Part shown: in pieces, positions 63,379-64,000 of the stretch
Position numbering within the stretch: the stretch's first letter is position 1
How the letters are laid out: each line of letters opens with the position of its first letter
Assembly (NCBI GenBank): GCA_049999805.1
Contig: JBNGIO010006185.1
Span: forward strand, 34,170-98,169
Source of the DNA: Folioceros fuciformis
Lineage: Eukaryota
Length of the DNA stretch: 64,000 nucleotides
Direction of reading: 5' to 3'
Notes under the pieces: generated by a model
The model's input: only the letters and a program-made list of their open reading frames with translations
The model's database searches: none
What the model was told of the DNA's origin: nothing
Made by a program: the position numbers and the translations under genes

Positions 63379-64000
63379 CAGTTTGGGTTGTGTTTTTTCA
63401 AATCCCAACTATGTCACATTTCATCACTACAACTTCCTAACCGCAATATACAGGGGTTTATCACCCTTCAATTTCAGTGCTATCTTTCCTTTCTAAACAC
63501 TACAATGCGATGTTAGAATGCCTCATCCTTCACAAGTGAATTTATTAGGGCATGACTAGGCCAGTGCGCTTTGTTTTGCTAGCCCGCAATTAGAATGCAC
63601 TCACAAGATTTTTTTGGCCTGCTTTGGTGCGTAACTGCTGTGAGGAAAGGGGATTTGAGAACACATAATATGATTATACCACAAAAGAAACCAAGCACCC
63701 CAAGGAGGCAATGACCTGTGCAGGTTGAATGAGAACATGGAGGATGAACATGATTTTATTTAATTATATAATATAACTACTCAAGTCCTAAAATGCTGGG
63801 AAATTGGCTTTGGCCTTCTGGGTTAACATTAGCCAATCCCTTAGTTGGCATTGTTCACTGATGAGACTAAAATGGTATAAGATTGTCTTGTACCTATGTG
63901 CTGAGGTTTTCCTTTTTGGACTGTAAACAACACGCAGCTTGGCCTTATTGAATCACATGGCGTGAATCATGGCCTAAATATCACTTGCTACTTAAGCCTG

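Overview
Intron-rich nuclear DNA from an early-diverging land plant. Short (about 80-250 bp) introns and compact gene spacing resemble a hornwort or similar bryophyte/lycophyte genome, but the taxon is an inference. The window holds 11 host genes: DUF936/CORD (runs off the left edge), MIP2/NBAS, a SABATH methyltransferase, BET3, VAMP72, TIMELESS, an AGCVIII kinase, ITPK4, histidinol-phosphate aminotransferase, an mS38/COX24-type protein and plastid SECA2. A twelfth, uncharacterised MPSG..KKR / CC-tail gene carries an 8-aa repeat. The main accessory region is a nested transposon block at about 16.7-26.8 kb. It contains a decayed CRE-like (restriction-like endonuclease) non-LTR element split by an internally deleted Copia element with both LTRs, PBS, PPT and TSD. 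It also holds an AT-rich PIF/Harbinger remnant surrounding a pseudogenised coiled-coil orphan ORF, and a second diverged CRE-like 3' fragment that shares a 3'-UTR hairpin with the first. Other structure: several minisatellites, a perfect 22-bp palindrome, two GC-AG introns in SECA2 and a foldback element after SECA2. No CRISPR array, rRNA or tRNA was seen, and I cannot support a wholly new multi-gene system. All homology calls come from motif recognition, not database searches.
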